From contig NC_086097.1 in the NCBI RefSeq assembly GCF_963921235.1, positions 122,886,001 to 122,950,000 of the forward strand: 64,000 nt of DNA. The letters run 5' to 3'. The number at the start of each line of letters is the position of its first letter. The stretch's first letter is position 1. This DNA is from Mobula hypostoma (lineage: Eukaryota). Shown in pieces: positions 35,104 through 47,447 of the stretch. The position numbers were made by a program, and so were the translations under genes. The notes beneath the pieces are model-generated. The model was not told the origin of the DNA. It saw nothing but the letters and a program-made list of their open reading frames with translations, and searched no databases.

Positions 35104-38100
35104 TAGCTTCAAGGTCGGCAAAGGTGCGGCAAGTGCAGTGAATTAGTCAATTGATCATCCAATATAATCAAGGTTTGCTCCAGGGGAGCGGCCTTGTTGA
35201 GGGAAGTGCCTTGTGAGAGAAGTGTGAGTCTTTTGCTCGAGAGTCTTCGGCGAGGAGGCTGTGGGAGGAGACTACACCACATTTGGAGAGGGTGAGAGGT
35301 GGTGAAGAAATGACAGGTAAACTGATTCAGTGTGATGCTTGCATGATGTGGGAGGTCAGGGACTCAGATGGTGCCTCTGGCAGCTACAACTGTGAAAAGT
35401 GTGTCCAGGTTCAGCTCCCGAAAGACCGTGTTGGGGCACTGGAGAAGCAACTAGATGACCTCAGGTTCATCCAGGAAAACGAGAGTTTTCTGGACAGGAC
35501 CTACAGTGAGATCATTACACCGAAGACACCGGAAGAGAGAAGGGGGGCGACGATGAGTAAGGGATGGATGCTTGGAGTACAGGAGACCCTGGGGGATGTG
35601 CCTCTTGAAAACAGGTTCACCCTCTTGAGACAGAAGACAGTGCCAGTCTGAGAGGCGGACAGGTCTGCAAGTCAAACATTGGTGCTGAGGCAAAGCCGAG
35701 GAGAAATGTCAGGCAGAGCCGTGGTAGTAGGGGTAGTAGTAGTGAGAGGTACAGATAGGGGTTTCTGCGGCAACAGGCGGGATTTAAGGATGGTGTGTTG
35801 CCTCCCTGGTGCCCGGATCCAGGATGTCACGGACCGATTGCAGGGCATCCTCAAGGGTGAAGGTGAACAGCCAAAAGTGGTGGTGCATGTCAGCACAAAT
35901 GACGTCGGGAAAAGGAGGAAAGACATTCTACAGCGTGACTTCAGAGAACTCAGAAGAAGGCTGAAGAGCAGGGCCTCCAGGATGGTTATCTCCGGTTTGC
36001 TTCCAGTTCCTCATGCTGGTGAGGGCAGGAACAGGGAGATAGGGGATCTGAATGTGTGGCTGAGGAGCTGGTACGTGAGGCAGGGATTTAGATTCTTGGA
36101 CCACTGGGATCTGTTTTGGGGTAAGGATGAATTGTACAAAAGGGACGGGTTGCATCTTAACAGACAGGGGACCAGCGTTCTGGCAGGCAGGTTTGAACTA
36201 AGTAGTGGCGGGGGCGGGGGGAGGAGAGGAAATATAAGGATGGAGTTAAAGGGAAAGAGAGAATAAGGAAAGTTAAGAAAGATAATAGAATTAACGGGGC
36301 AGAAAGCTCAGGAAGGAATTGGAGAGTATGGCCAAGTGCAATAGGAATCGATGTGAAAGATAAGAGGAGTAATGGATTAAAAGTATTATATATGAATGCA
36401 CGAAACATAAGAAATAAAGTGGATGAGCTTGAGGCTCAGTTGGAAATTGGCAAGTATGATGTTATAGGAATAACAGAGACATGGCTGCAAGAGGACTAGG
36501 GCTGGCAAATGAATGTTCAAGGGTATACGTCCTATTGAAAGGACAGACAGGTGGGCAGAGGGGGTGGGGTGGCTCTGTTGGTGAGGAATGAAATTCAGTC
36601 CCTTGCGAGGGGCGACAGAGAATCAGGAGATGTAGAGTCAGTATGGATAGAACTGAGAAATTGTAAGGGCAAAAAGACCCTAATGGAAGTTATCTACATG
36701 CTCCCAAACAGTAGCCTGGATATAGGGTGCAAGTTGAATCGAGTTAAAATTGGCATGTCGCAAAGGTAATGCTACGGTTGTTATGGGGGATTTTAACATG
36801 CAGGCTGGGAAAATCAGATTAGTACTGGACCCCAAGAAAGGGAGTTTGTGGAGTGCCTCCAAGATGGATTCTTAGAGCAGCTTGGACTGGAACCTACCAA
36901 GAAGAAGACAATTCTGGATTTAGTGTTGTGTAATGAACTGGATTTGATAAGGGAACTTGAGGTAAAGGAGCCGTTAGGAGGTAGTGACCATAATATGATA
37001 AGTTTTAAACTACAATTTGAGAGGGAGAAGGGAAAATCGGAAGTGTCAGTATTACAGTTGAACAAAGGGGACTATGGACCTATGAGGGAGGAGCTGGCCA
37101 AGGTTAACTGGAAAGATACCGAAGCAGGGATGACAGTGGAACAACAATGGCAGGTATTTCTGAGAATAATACAGAAGGTGCAGGATCAGTTCATTCCAAA
37201 CAGGAAGAAAGATTCTAAGGGGAGTAAAGGGAGACCGTGGCTGACAAGGGAAGTAATGGACAGTATAAAAGTAAAAGAGAAGAAGTATAACATAGCAAAG
37301 ATGAGCAGGAAGCCAGAGAATTGGGAAACTTTTAAAGAGCAACAGAGGATAACTAAAAAGGCAATCCGGGGAGAAAAGATGAGATAAGAAGGCAAGCTAG
37401 CCAAGAATATAAAGGAGAATAGTAAAAGCTTCTTTTGGTATGTGAAGAGGAAAAAATTAGTTAAGACCAAAGTTGGGCCCTTGAAGACAGAAATGGGTGA
37501 ATTTGTTATGGGGAACAAGGAAATGGCAGACAAGTTGAACAGGTACTTTGGATCTGTCTTCGCTAGGGAAGACACAAACAATCTCCCGGATGTAATAGTG
37601 GCCAAAGGACCTAGGGTAATGGAGGAACTGAAGGAGATTTACATTAGGCAGAAAATGGTGTTGGATAGACTGATGAGACTGAAGGCTGATAAATCCCCAG
37701 GGCCTGATGGTCTGCACCCCAGGGTACTTAAGGAGGTGGCTCTAGAAATTGTGGACGCATTGGTAATTATTTTCCAATGTTCTATAGATTCAGGATCAGT
37801 TCCTGAGGACTGGAGGGTAGCTAATGTTATCCCACTTTTTAAGAAAGGAGGGAGAGAGAAAACAGGGAATTATAGACCAGTTAGCCTGACATCAGTGGTG
37901 GGGAAGATGCTGGGGTCAATTATAAAGGATGAAATAGTGGCACATTTGGATAGCAGTAACAGGATTAGTCCAAAAGAGCATGGATTTATGAAGGGAAAAT
38001 CATGCTTGACTAATCTTCTGGAATTTTTTGAGGATGTAACAATGAAAATGGACAAGGGAGAGCCAGTGGATGTAGTGTACCTGGACTTTCAGAAAGCCTT

Positions 38101-39268
38101 TGATAAGGTCCCTCATAGGAGATTAGTAGGCAAAATTAGAACACATGGTATTGGGGGTAGGGTACTGACATGGATTGCAAATTGGTTGGCAGACAGGAAA
38201 CAAAGAGTAGGGATTAACGGGTCCTTTTCAGAATAGCAGGCGGTGACTAGTGGGGTACCGCAAGGCTCGGTGCTGGGACCGCAGATATTTACAATATACA
38301 TTAATGATTTAGATGAATGGATTAAAAGTAACATTAGCAAATTTGCAGATAACACAAAGCTGGGTGGCAGTGTGAAATGTGCAGAGGATGTTGAGATAAT
38401 GGAGGATGATTTGGACAGGTTGGTGAGTGGGCAGATGCATGGCAGATGCAATTTGATGTGGATAAATGTGAGGATATCCACTTTGGTGGCAAGAACAGGA
38501 AGGCAAATTACTATTTGAATGGTGTCAATTTAGGAAAAGGGGAAGTACAACGAGATCTTGGTTTCCTTGTTCATCAGTCACTGAAAGTAAGCATGCAGGT
38601 ACAGCAGGCAGTGAAGAAAGCTAATGGCATGTTGGCCTTCATGACAAGGGGAGTTGAGTATAGGAGCAAAGAGGTCCTTCTGCAGTTGTACAGGGCCCTG
38701 GTGAGACCACACCTGGAGTATTGTGTACGGCTTTGGTCTCCAAATTTGAGGAAGGACATTCTTGCTATTGAGGGAGTACAGCGGAAGATAACGAGGTTAA
38801 TTCTCGGGATGGCGGGACTGTCATATGTTGAAAGATTGGAGTGACTAGGCTTGTACACACTGGAATTTAGAAGCATGAGAGGGGATCTGATTGAAACATA
38901 TAAGATTATTAAGGGATTGGATATGCTAGAGGCAGGAAACATGTTCCCAATGTTGGGGGAGTCCAGAACCAGAGGCCACAATTTGAGAATAAGGGGTAGG
39001 CCATTTAGAACGGAGATGAGGAAAAACTTTTTCACCCAGAGAGTTGTGGATCTGTGGAATGCTCTGCCTTAGAAGGCAGTGGAGGCCAATTCTCTGGATG
39101 CTTTCAGGAAAGAGTTAGATCAAGCTCTTAATGATAGCGGAGGCAAAGGATTTGGGGAGAAGGCAGGAAGGGGATACTGATTGTGGATGATCAGCCATGA
39201 TCATAGTGAATGGCAGTGCTAGCTCGAAGGGCCGAATGGCCTACTCTTGCACCCATTGTCTATTGTCT
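35104..39268 (+). mobile_element. Near full-length CR1 LINE (ORF1 Zn-finger + SGNH esterase; ORF2 APE + RT), decayed
   Basis: ORF1 motifs CDACMMWE..CEKC, CCLPGARIQDV, VVHVSTND and DGLHLN. ORF2 fragments run 36380-39180. Tail (tattgtc)n. 6-bp TSD atttaa (35098-35103 and 39269-39274) inside a SINE. Confidence 0.93.
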
Positions 39269-42200
39269 ATTTAACCTACCAATCTTTTGGAATGTGGGAA
39301 AGGAACAAAGCACCTGGAGGAGGCGCACACAATCACAGGGGGATTGTGAAAACTCCACAAAGACAGCATCGGCGGTCAGGACTGAGCCTAGGCCTCCACT
39401 GCTGTCAGGAAGCAGCGCTTCTAGATGTGCGGTAGTGACTCTGCTATCCGTATCACTGTACTGCCCTGCAGTTGAGTCTGGGTGACTGCAGGAAGTGTTC
39501 GAGCCCAGTTCGACCCTGAATGGAAATCCTCACAGCATCAATGAGCTCTGTACAGGATCCCCCCAGTAGTTGAAAGTCAAAAGTCTATTGTCATATCCAC
39601 AAGTACTTTTATGTACAGGTGCAGTGAAAAAAATTCTTGCAGCAGCATCGTAGGTATATCAAAGTTCAAGGATCAAGGATTAACTTTATTCACCACATAA
39701 ATTTACATGTATTAGGAATTTGCCGTCGTGTGTTGGTCAGAACACAAATGCAACAAAAATAATAACATTCAACAATTATAAAGAATAAAGCATCATATAA
39801 AAATAATGTTAAGGATAAAGGATGGATATGGAGTAAAATGTGCATAATTACATAAACCTAGCATGTATTTACAATGAAAGCAGCATTATAAAAAGTGCTT
39901 TAGGTGTCTCCAGTCTTGTGCAGTTAATGAGGTAATAGACAGATTGGATTGGTGGATTGGTGGGTCGGTGGGGGCTAGGGAGCTAACTAGAGTGCTTGAC
40001 TAGATTGGTTACCTGGGTAAAGAAACCTTTAAAATGGCATGAGGTTTTGGTTTTAATAGCCCTACAGTGTGCTCCAGAAGAGAGTTTCGGTAAAAGGCAT
40101 TTTGCAGGGTGGGTAGTGTCCGTAATGATTTTTCCTACCCATTTCTTTGTCCTAGACATATAAAAGTCCTGCAGTGATGGTAGACTGCAGCTAATGACCG
40201 CTCTTTGCTGGCCTGACAGTTCACAGTTTTTGTATAACATTCACAAGAAAACCATAAAATAAACATACATTATCCATTTTTTTACAAGAAAGAACACAAT
40301 TAGAACAAAAAGAAACCAAAATCTATTGTAGCAAAGTGTTCAAAGTAGTCAGTGTTACTATATTGAGGTAGTGATTAGGGTTGTGCAAGTTAGTTCAAGA
40401 GCTTAGAGGGAAGTAGCTGGACTTGAACCAGGTGATGTGTGTCTTCAGGCTTCTGCACCTTCTGCACCAGCTGACAGGAAATGGAATGATCTAACATCAA
40501 AGGTGGTGTTGGTGCTTGCGTGGTTCAGGCAGATGTGAAGTGGACATTGGTTCTTTCATTGATCATTTAAAGTCTTTAAAATCACATTGAGCTGTGTGGT
40601 GCAAGCAGATCATGAGAGTGGCTGTGACAGATGGCTTTGACAGCGCGCAAGTCCCAACCTCTTGATTCAGTGGGTGCTAGAGCCATTACTGAATGTTGGC
40701 AGGTAGACTGCCCAGGGTGGTGGTAGAGGCAGATATATTAGATTTCTCAGGGATGTTTAGATGGGCATATGAATGTGAGGGAAATTGAAGGATATGGACA
40801 TTGTGTAGGCAGAGGGGATTCGCTTAGTTGGCTATTTTACTACCAGTTGGTTCAGCTGAACATCATGGTCCAGTGAACCTGTTCCTGTGCTGTATTGCTC
40901 TATGTTCTAAATGAGTCTAACACTCACAAATGTTCAAAAGGACTCATAATCAGTAACCACATAAAATTGACATGTAGAAGCATATAAATGTATTAAGGGA
41001 TATAAAATAAGTTAAAAATTAAAACATCTATTCAAGGAAGGAAATTGAAATAATCCTGATAATTTGCATGCTGGTGAATCTCACTTCAGTGGAAGGGAAG
41101 GTACTGAAGAGGATTCTTAGGGATAGAATATATAAGCATTTGGAAAACCATGGCTTAATTAGGGACAGTCAGCATGCCTTTGTGTGGGGAAAGCCATATC
41201 TTACTAACTTGATTTAATTTCTCAAGGAGGTGATGAAGGTGATTGATTAAGGTAGAGCTGTGGATGTTGTCTACATAGACTTTAGTAAGGGATTTGACAA
41301 GGATCCTCTTGGGATGCTCATCCAGAAGATTAAAATGCATGGGATCCATCATGAATTCACCATTTGGATCCAGAACTGACCCACCAAGGGTCAGACAAAG
41401 GGCACTGGTCTAGAGGACTTATTCTGGCCAGAGCTTCACAGTGTTCTACAGAGATCTATACTAGAACTTCTGTGGTCTGTGATACGGGCAAATGACCTGG
41501 ATAAAAATGTGGATGGGTGCTTCGTATGTTTACAGATGATACAAACGTGGGTGGTGTTGTGGATATCATAGAAGACTGCCAAAGGATACTGCAAGATATA
41601 GATCAGTTACAGATATAGGCAGAGAAATAGCAGATGGAGTTTAACCTGGACGAATGTGAGGTGTGCACAGGGAGATTAAATGTAAGAAGATAGATCCCTT
41701 AACAGAGGGATCATAGTCAGGAAGTTATGTTTCAGCTTTATATAGTTAGACCGCATCTGGTGTATTGTATTCATTTCTGGTCATCGCTTAGGCCTCAGCA
41801 ACATCTTATAAAACTTCAACATAACATCCTGACTCCCTTATACACCACTTTGATTTATGACGGCCAATATACTAAAAGCTCTCTTTACAACTCTATCTGT
41901 GACACTATTTTCAATGAATTATGGATCTGTATTCCCAGAACCCCTGCTCTGCTATTAGTTTTCTTGGCTGTCACTTCTTCCCACTAAGGGCAAGTGCTCT
42001 TGTGTCATATGTCGCCTGGCACAGACTCCGCAAGCAGCTCTCCCAAACCGAGAGCTGAGGCATCTCTGGAAATCTGTGCCACCCGACTGGACTCCTCAAG
42101 AAGTCCACCAGAGCAACGCATGTGTCTTGGAGCCCAAATTGTAACAAGAGACCTTAGCGAGGATTGTTAGGACCAAAGTGTGGGGGTATCCAAGACTAGA

Positions 42201-42438
42201 AGTGAGACTGAAACAAGGACAGGGTTCTAAATTAGACGTTAGATGAGAATCCAAAGTAGAACTGATGATTGGGTTCGATTGTTAGGGATGAGATTGTGGC
42301 ATACCTGGAGGCAGATGACAAGATAGGCCAAAGCCAGCATGGTTTCCTGGAAGGAAAATCCTCCCTGACAAACCTACTGCAATTCTTTGAGGAAATTAAA
42401 AGCAGGGTAGACAAAGAAGATGCAGTAGATGTGGTGTA

Positions 42439-44059
42439 CAGGTGTCCCCCGCTTTTCGAACATTCGCTTTACGAAACCTCACTGTTACGAAAGACCTACA
42501 TTAGTTCCCTGTTTTCGCTAACAGAAGGTGTTTTCACTGTTACGAAAAAAGGCAGTGTGTGAAAAAAAGTACCACGCGCCTCGAGCAGCCGTTTTCCCCT
42601 GGATTCGGAATGGCATTCTAGCCGGCATTGCTTAAACATGTGCCTCTGAGCATCTGTGCTTTATGTCGATTTATTTTGAGCATCCGTTTGCAAGATGAGT
42701 TCTAAGGTATCGGAAAAGCCTAAAAGAGCTCATAAAGCTGTTACACTTAGCGTAAAACTAGATATAATTAAGCGTTTCGATTGTGGTGAACGAAGTAAGG
42801 ACGAAGTGAGTTTGGCTTGTGGAAGCTGACGAAGATGATGTTGAAGAGGTTTTGGCATCCCATGACCAAGAACTGATAGATGAACAGCTGATGCAATTGG
42901 AAGAGGAAAGGACAACAATTGAAACCGAATGCAGTAGCAAATGGACTGAAAGTGAAGTCATCCAGGAACTGAACGTGAAGCAACTGCGTGAGATTTTTGC
43001 TGCAATGATAGAGTACGACTTTAATTTTGAAAGGGTATGTCAGTTTAGGGCATATTTGCAAGATGGTTTACAAAGAACTGTATGATAGAAAAATGAGCGA
43101 GGCTAAGCAGTCAAGCATACTGTCATTATTCAAGCCTTCCATGTCAGCCACAGCAGATGACGAACCTCGACCTTCGACATTGAGGCAGGCAGACATGGGA
43201 GAAGATGACCTGCCTGCCCTGATCGACGATGAGATGACACCCCAGTGGTCCCAAGCCCCAGGACACGGACAGATACCAATTCACGGAGAATGCAGCGGTA
43301 GCCGGGAGGCACCCAGCACGTCTTTAAGAAAAAAGCCAAAATAAACAAGCTAATTAATTAGGTGCCGACATTTACATGCCGGGCGGCTCCTAATTAATTA
43401 GCATGTTTATTTTGACTGTTTTCTTAAAGGTGTGCTAGGTGCGTCCAGGCTACCGCTGGACACCTGCATGCTTCGCAGATCGGTATCGGTTCACTGCCCA
43501 GGGAGTGGGCACCACTGCACCACCCCAACCGCCGACGACTCAGCCTAACACACCATCATCAGTGTGCTCGATGTCCTCCCAATTCCGGTAAGTGAAACTA
43601 CACTGTACATACATTATACTTTATATAGGCTGTGTATTTTTATGCGTTATTTGGTATGATTTGGCAGCTTCATAGCTTAAAGGTTACTGGAGAGAGTGTT
43701 TTTGCTGAGAGCGCTTGCGTGAGATTTTCACTACAGAGAGTGCTTGCGCCGTGTTTTTGCCAAGAGCACTTGCGTGAGATTTTCGCTATGGAGAACAGTG
43801 CAGGCAATGATTGTAGAGAAGTATTTCTACTTTATATCGGCTGTGTATTTATCATATCATTCCTGCTTTTACTATATGTTACTGTTATTTTAGGCTTTAT
43901 GTGTTATTTGACATGATTTGGTAGGTTTTTTTGGGGTCTGCGAATGCTCACAAATTTTCCCCATATAAATAAATGGTAATTGCTTCTTCACTTTACGACA
44001 TTCTGGCTTATGAACCATTTTATAGGAATGCTCTACTTTTGGATGGCGGGGGAAACCTG
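42439..44059 (+). mobile_element. Tigger/pogo-type DNA transposon, internally deleted
   Basis: TA TSD, with TIRs caggtgtcccccgc and gcgggggaaacctg. The N-terminal HTH (ATG 42695, MSSKVSEKPKRAHKAVTLSVKLDIIKRFDCGE) is joined to an acidic C-terminus (EDDVEEVLASHDQEL), and no DDE core is visible. Confidence 0.88.
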
Positions 44060-44392
44060 TACTTGGATATTCAGAAGGCCTTTGACAAGGTACCGCACAT
44101 GAGGCTGCTTAGCAAGATAAGAGCCCATGGAATTACAGGGACGTTACCAGCATGGGTGGAGCATTGGCTGGTCGACAGAAAACAGAGAGTGGGAATAAAA
44201 GGATCCTATTCTGGTTGGATGCAGTTACCAGTGGAGTTCCGCAGGGGATGGTGTTGGGACCGCTGCTTTTTACGATGTATGTCAATGAATTGGACTACGG
44301 TATTAATGGATTTGTGGCTAAATTTGCCGAAGATACAAAGATAGGAGGAGGAGTGGGTAGTATTGAAGAAACAGAGAGCCTGCAGAGAGACT

Positions 44393-47300
44393 TAGAAACA
44401 TAGAAACATAGAAAATAGGTGCAGGAGTAGCCCATTCAGCCCTTCGAGCCTGCACCATCATTCAGCATGATCATGGCTGATCATCCAACTCAGAACCCTA
44501 TACCTGCCTTCCCTCCATACCCACTGATCCCTTTAGCCACAAGGGCCTTATCTAACTCCTTCTTAAATATAGCTAATGAACTGGCCTCAACTGTTTCCTG
44601 TGGCAGAGAATTCCACAGATTCACCACTCTCTGTGTGAAGAAGATTTTCCTAATTTCGGTCCTAAAAGGCTTCCCCTTTATCCTTAAACTGTGACCCCTT
44701 GTTCTGGACTTCCCCAACATTGGGAACAATCTTCTTGCATCTAGCCTGTCCAATCCCTTTAGGATTTTATACGTTTCAATAAGATCCCCCCTCAATCTTC
44801 TAAATTCCAGCGAGTATAAGCCTAGTCGATCCAGTCTTTCATCATATGAAAGTCCTGCCATCCCAGGAATCAATCCGGTGAACCTTCTTTGTACTCCCTC
44901 TATGGCAAGAATGTCTTTCCTCAGATTAGGGGACCAAAACTGCACACAATACTCCAGGTGTGGTCTCACCAAGGCCTTGTACAACTGCAGTAGTACCTCC
45001 CTGCTCCTGTACTCGAATCGTCTTGCTATGAATGCCAGCATACCATTCGCCTTTTTCACCACCTGCTGTACCTGCATGCCCACTTTCAATGACTGGTGTA
45101 TAATGACACCCAGGTCTCATTGCACCTCCACTTTTCATAATCGGCCACCATTCAGATAATAATCTGTTTTCCTGTTTTTGCCACCAAAGTGGATAACCAC
45201 ACATTTATCCACATTAAATTGCACCTGCCATGAATTTGCCCACTCACCTAACCTATCCAAGTCACCCTGCATCCCCTTAGCAACCTCCTCACAGCTAACA
45301 CTGCCGCCCAGCTTTGTGTCATCCGCAAACTTGGAGATGCTGCATTTAATTCTCTCGTCTAAGTCATTAATATATATTGTAAACAACTGGGGTCCCAGCA
45401 CTGAGCCTTGCGGTACCCCACTAGTCACTGCCTGCCATTCTGAAAAGGTCCCGTTTATCCCCACTCCTTGCTTCCTGTCTGCCAACCAATTTTCTATCCA
45501 CATTAAAACCATACCCCCAATACCATGTGCTTTAAGTTTGCATACTAATCTCCTGTGTGGGACCTTGTCAAAAGCCTTTTGAAAATCCAAATATACCACA
45601 TCCACTGGTTCTCCCCTATCCACTCTACTAGTTACATCCTCAAAAAATTCTGTGAGATTCGTCAGACATGATTTTCCTTTCACAAATCCATGCTGACTTT
45701 GTCCGATGACTTCACCGCTTTCCAAATGTGCTGTTATCACATCTTTGATAACTGACTCTAGCATTTCCCCACCACCGATGTCAAGCTAACTGGTCTCTAA
45801 TTTCCTGGTTTCTCTCTCTCTCCTTTTTTAAAAGGTGGGGTTACATTAGCCACCCTCCAATCCTCAGGAACTAGTCCAGAATCTAAAGAGTTTTGAAAAA
45901 TTATTACTAATGCATCCTCTATTTCTTGGGCTACCTCCTTAAGCACTCTAGGATGCAGACCATCTGGCCCTGGGGATTTATCTGCCTTTAATCCCTTCAA
46001 TTTACCTAACACCACTTCCCTACTAACTTGTATTTCCTCAGTTCCTCCATCTCACTAGACCCATGGTCCCCTACTATTTCCGGAAGATTATTTATGTCCT
46101 CCTTAGTGAAGACAGAACCAAAGTAGTTATTCAATTGGCCTACCATGTCCTTGTTCCCCATGATCAATTCACCTGTTTTTGACTGTAAGGAACTTACATT
46201 TGTCTTAACCAATCTTTTTCTTTTCACATGTCTATAGAAGCTTATACAGTCAGTTTTTATGTTCCCTGCCGGTTTTCCCTCCTAATCTTTTTTCCCTTTC
46301 CTGATTAATCCCTTTGTCCTCCTCTGCTGGACTCTGAATTTCTCCCTGTCCTCAGGTGTGTCGCTTTTTCTGGCTAATTTGTATGTTTCTTCTTTGGAAT
46401 TGACACTATCCCTAATTTCCCTTGTCAGCCACGGGTGCACTACCTTCCCTAGTTTATTCTTTTGCCAAACTGGGATGAACAATTGTTGTAGTTCATCCAT
46501 GCGATCTTTAAATGTTTGCCATTGCATATCCACCGTCAATCCTTTAAGTATCATTTGCCAGTCTATCTTAGCTAATTCACGTCTCATACCTTCAAAGTTA
46601 CCCTTCTTTAAGTTCAGAACCTTTGTTTCTGAATTAACTATGTCACTTTCCATTTAATGAAAAATTCCACCAAATTATGGTCACTCTTACCCAAGGGGCC
46701 TCTCACGACAAGATTGCTAATTAACCCTTCCTCATTGCTCAAAACCCAGTCTAGAATGGCCTGCTCTCTAGATGGTTCCTTGACATGTTGGTTCAGAAAA
46801 CCATCCTGCATACATTCCAAAAAACCCGTTTCCTCAGCACCCTTACCAATTTGATTCACCCAATCTATATGTAGATTGAAGTCACCCTTTATAACTGCTG
46901 TTCCTTTATTGCACGCATTTCTAATTTTCTGTTTAATGCCATCCCCAACCTCACTTCTACTGTTAGGTGGCCTGTCCACAACTCCCACCAGCGTTTTCTG
47001 CCCCTTAGTGTTATGCAGCTCTACCCATATTGATTCCACATCCTCCCGGCTAATGTCCTTCCTTTCTATTGCGTTAAACTCCTCTCTAACCAGCAATGCT
47101 ACCTCACCTCCTTTTCTTTCATGTGTATCCCTCCTGAATACTGAATATTGAATATCCCTGAAAGTTGAGCTCCCATCCTTGGTCACCCTGGAGCCATGTC
47201 TCTGTGATCCCAACTATACTATATTCATTAATAACTATCTGTACTTTCAATTAATCTACCTTGTTACGAATGCTCCTTGCATTGACAAACAAAGCCTTCA

Positions 47301-47447
47301 GGCTTGCTTTTACAACACTGTTAGCCCTTATACAATTATGTTGAAAAGTAGCCCTTTTTGATTTTTGCCCTGGATTTGCCTGCCTGCCACTTATACTTTT
47401 CACCTTACTACATTTTGCTTCTACCCTCATTTTACACCCCTCTGTCT
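44393..47447 (-). mobile_element. CR1 LINE (family B), ORF2 region with frameshifts
   Basis: Tail catagaaa repeats. ORFs 44490-45089, 45135-45764, 45797-46015, 46282-46653 and 46638-47213, with the APE start LKALFVNARSIRNK. Confidence 0.93.

Noticed and set aside
38574..39035. Recurrent antisense ORFs (MKKFFLISVLN.., MNLLCTPSMAR.., MIMADHPTQNP.., MYLSNLFLNVKK..) found several times in the window
   Set aside because: They are antisense shadows of CR1 ORF2 and its 3' UTR, and recur only because the LINE recurs.
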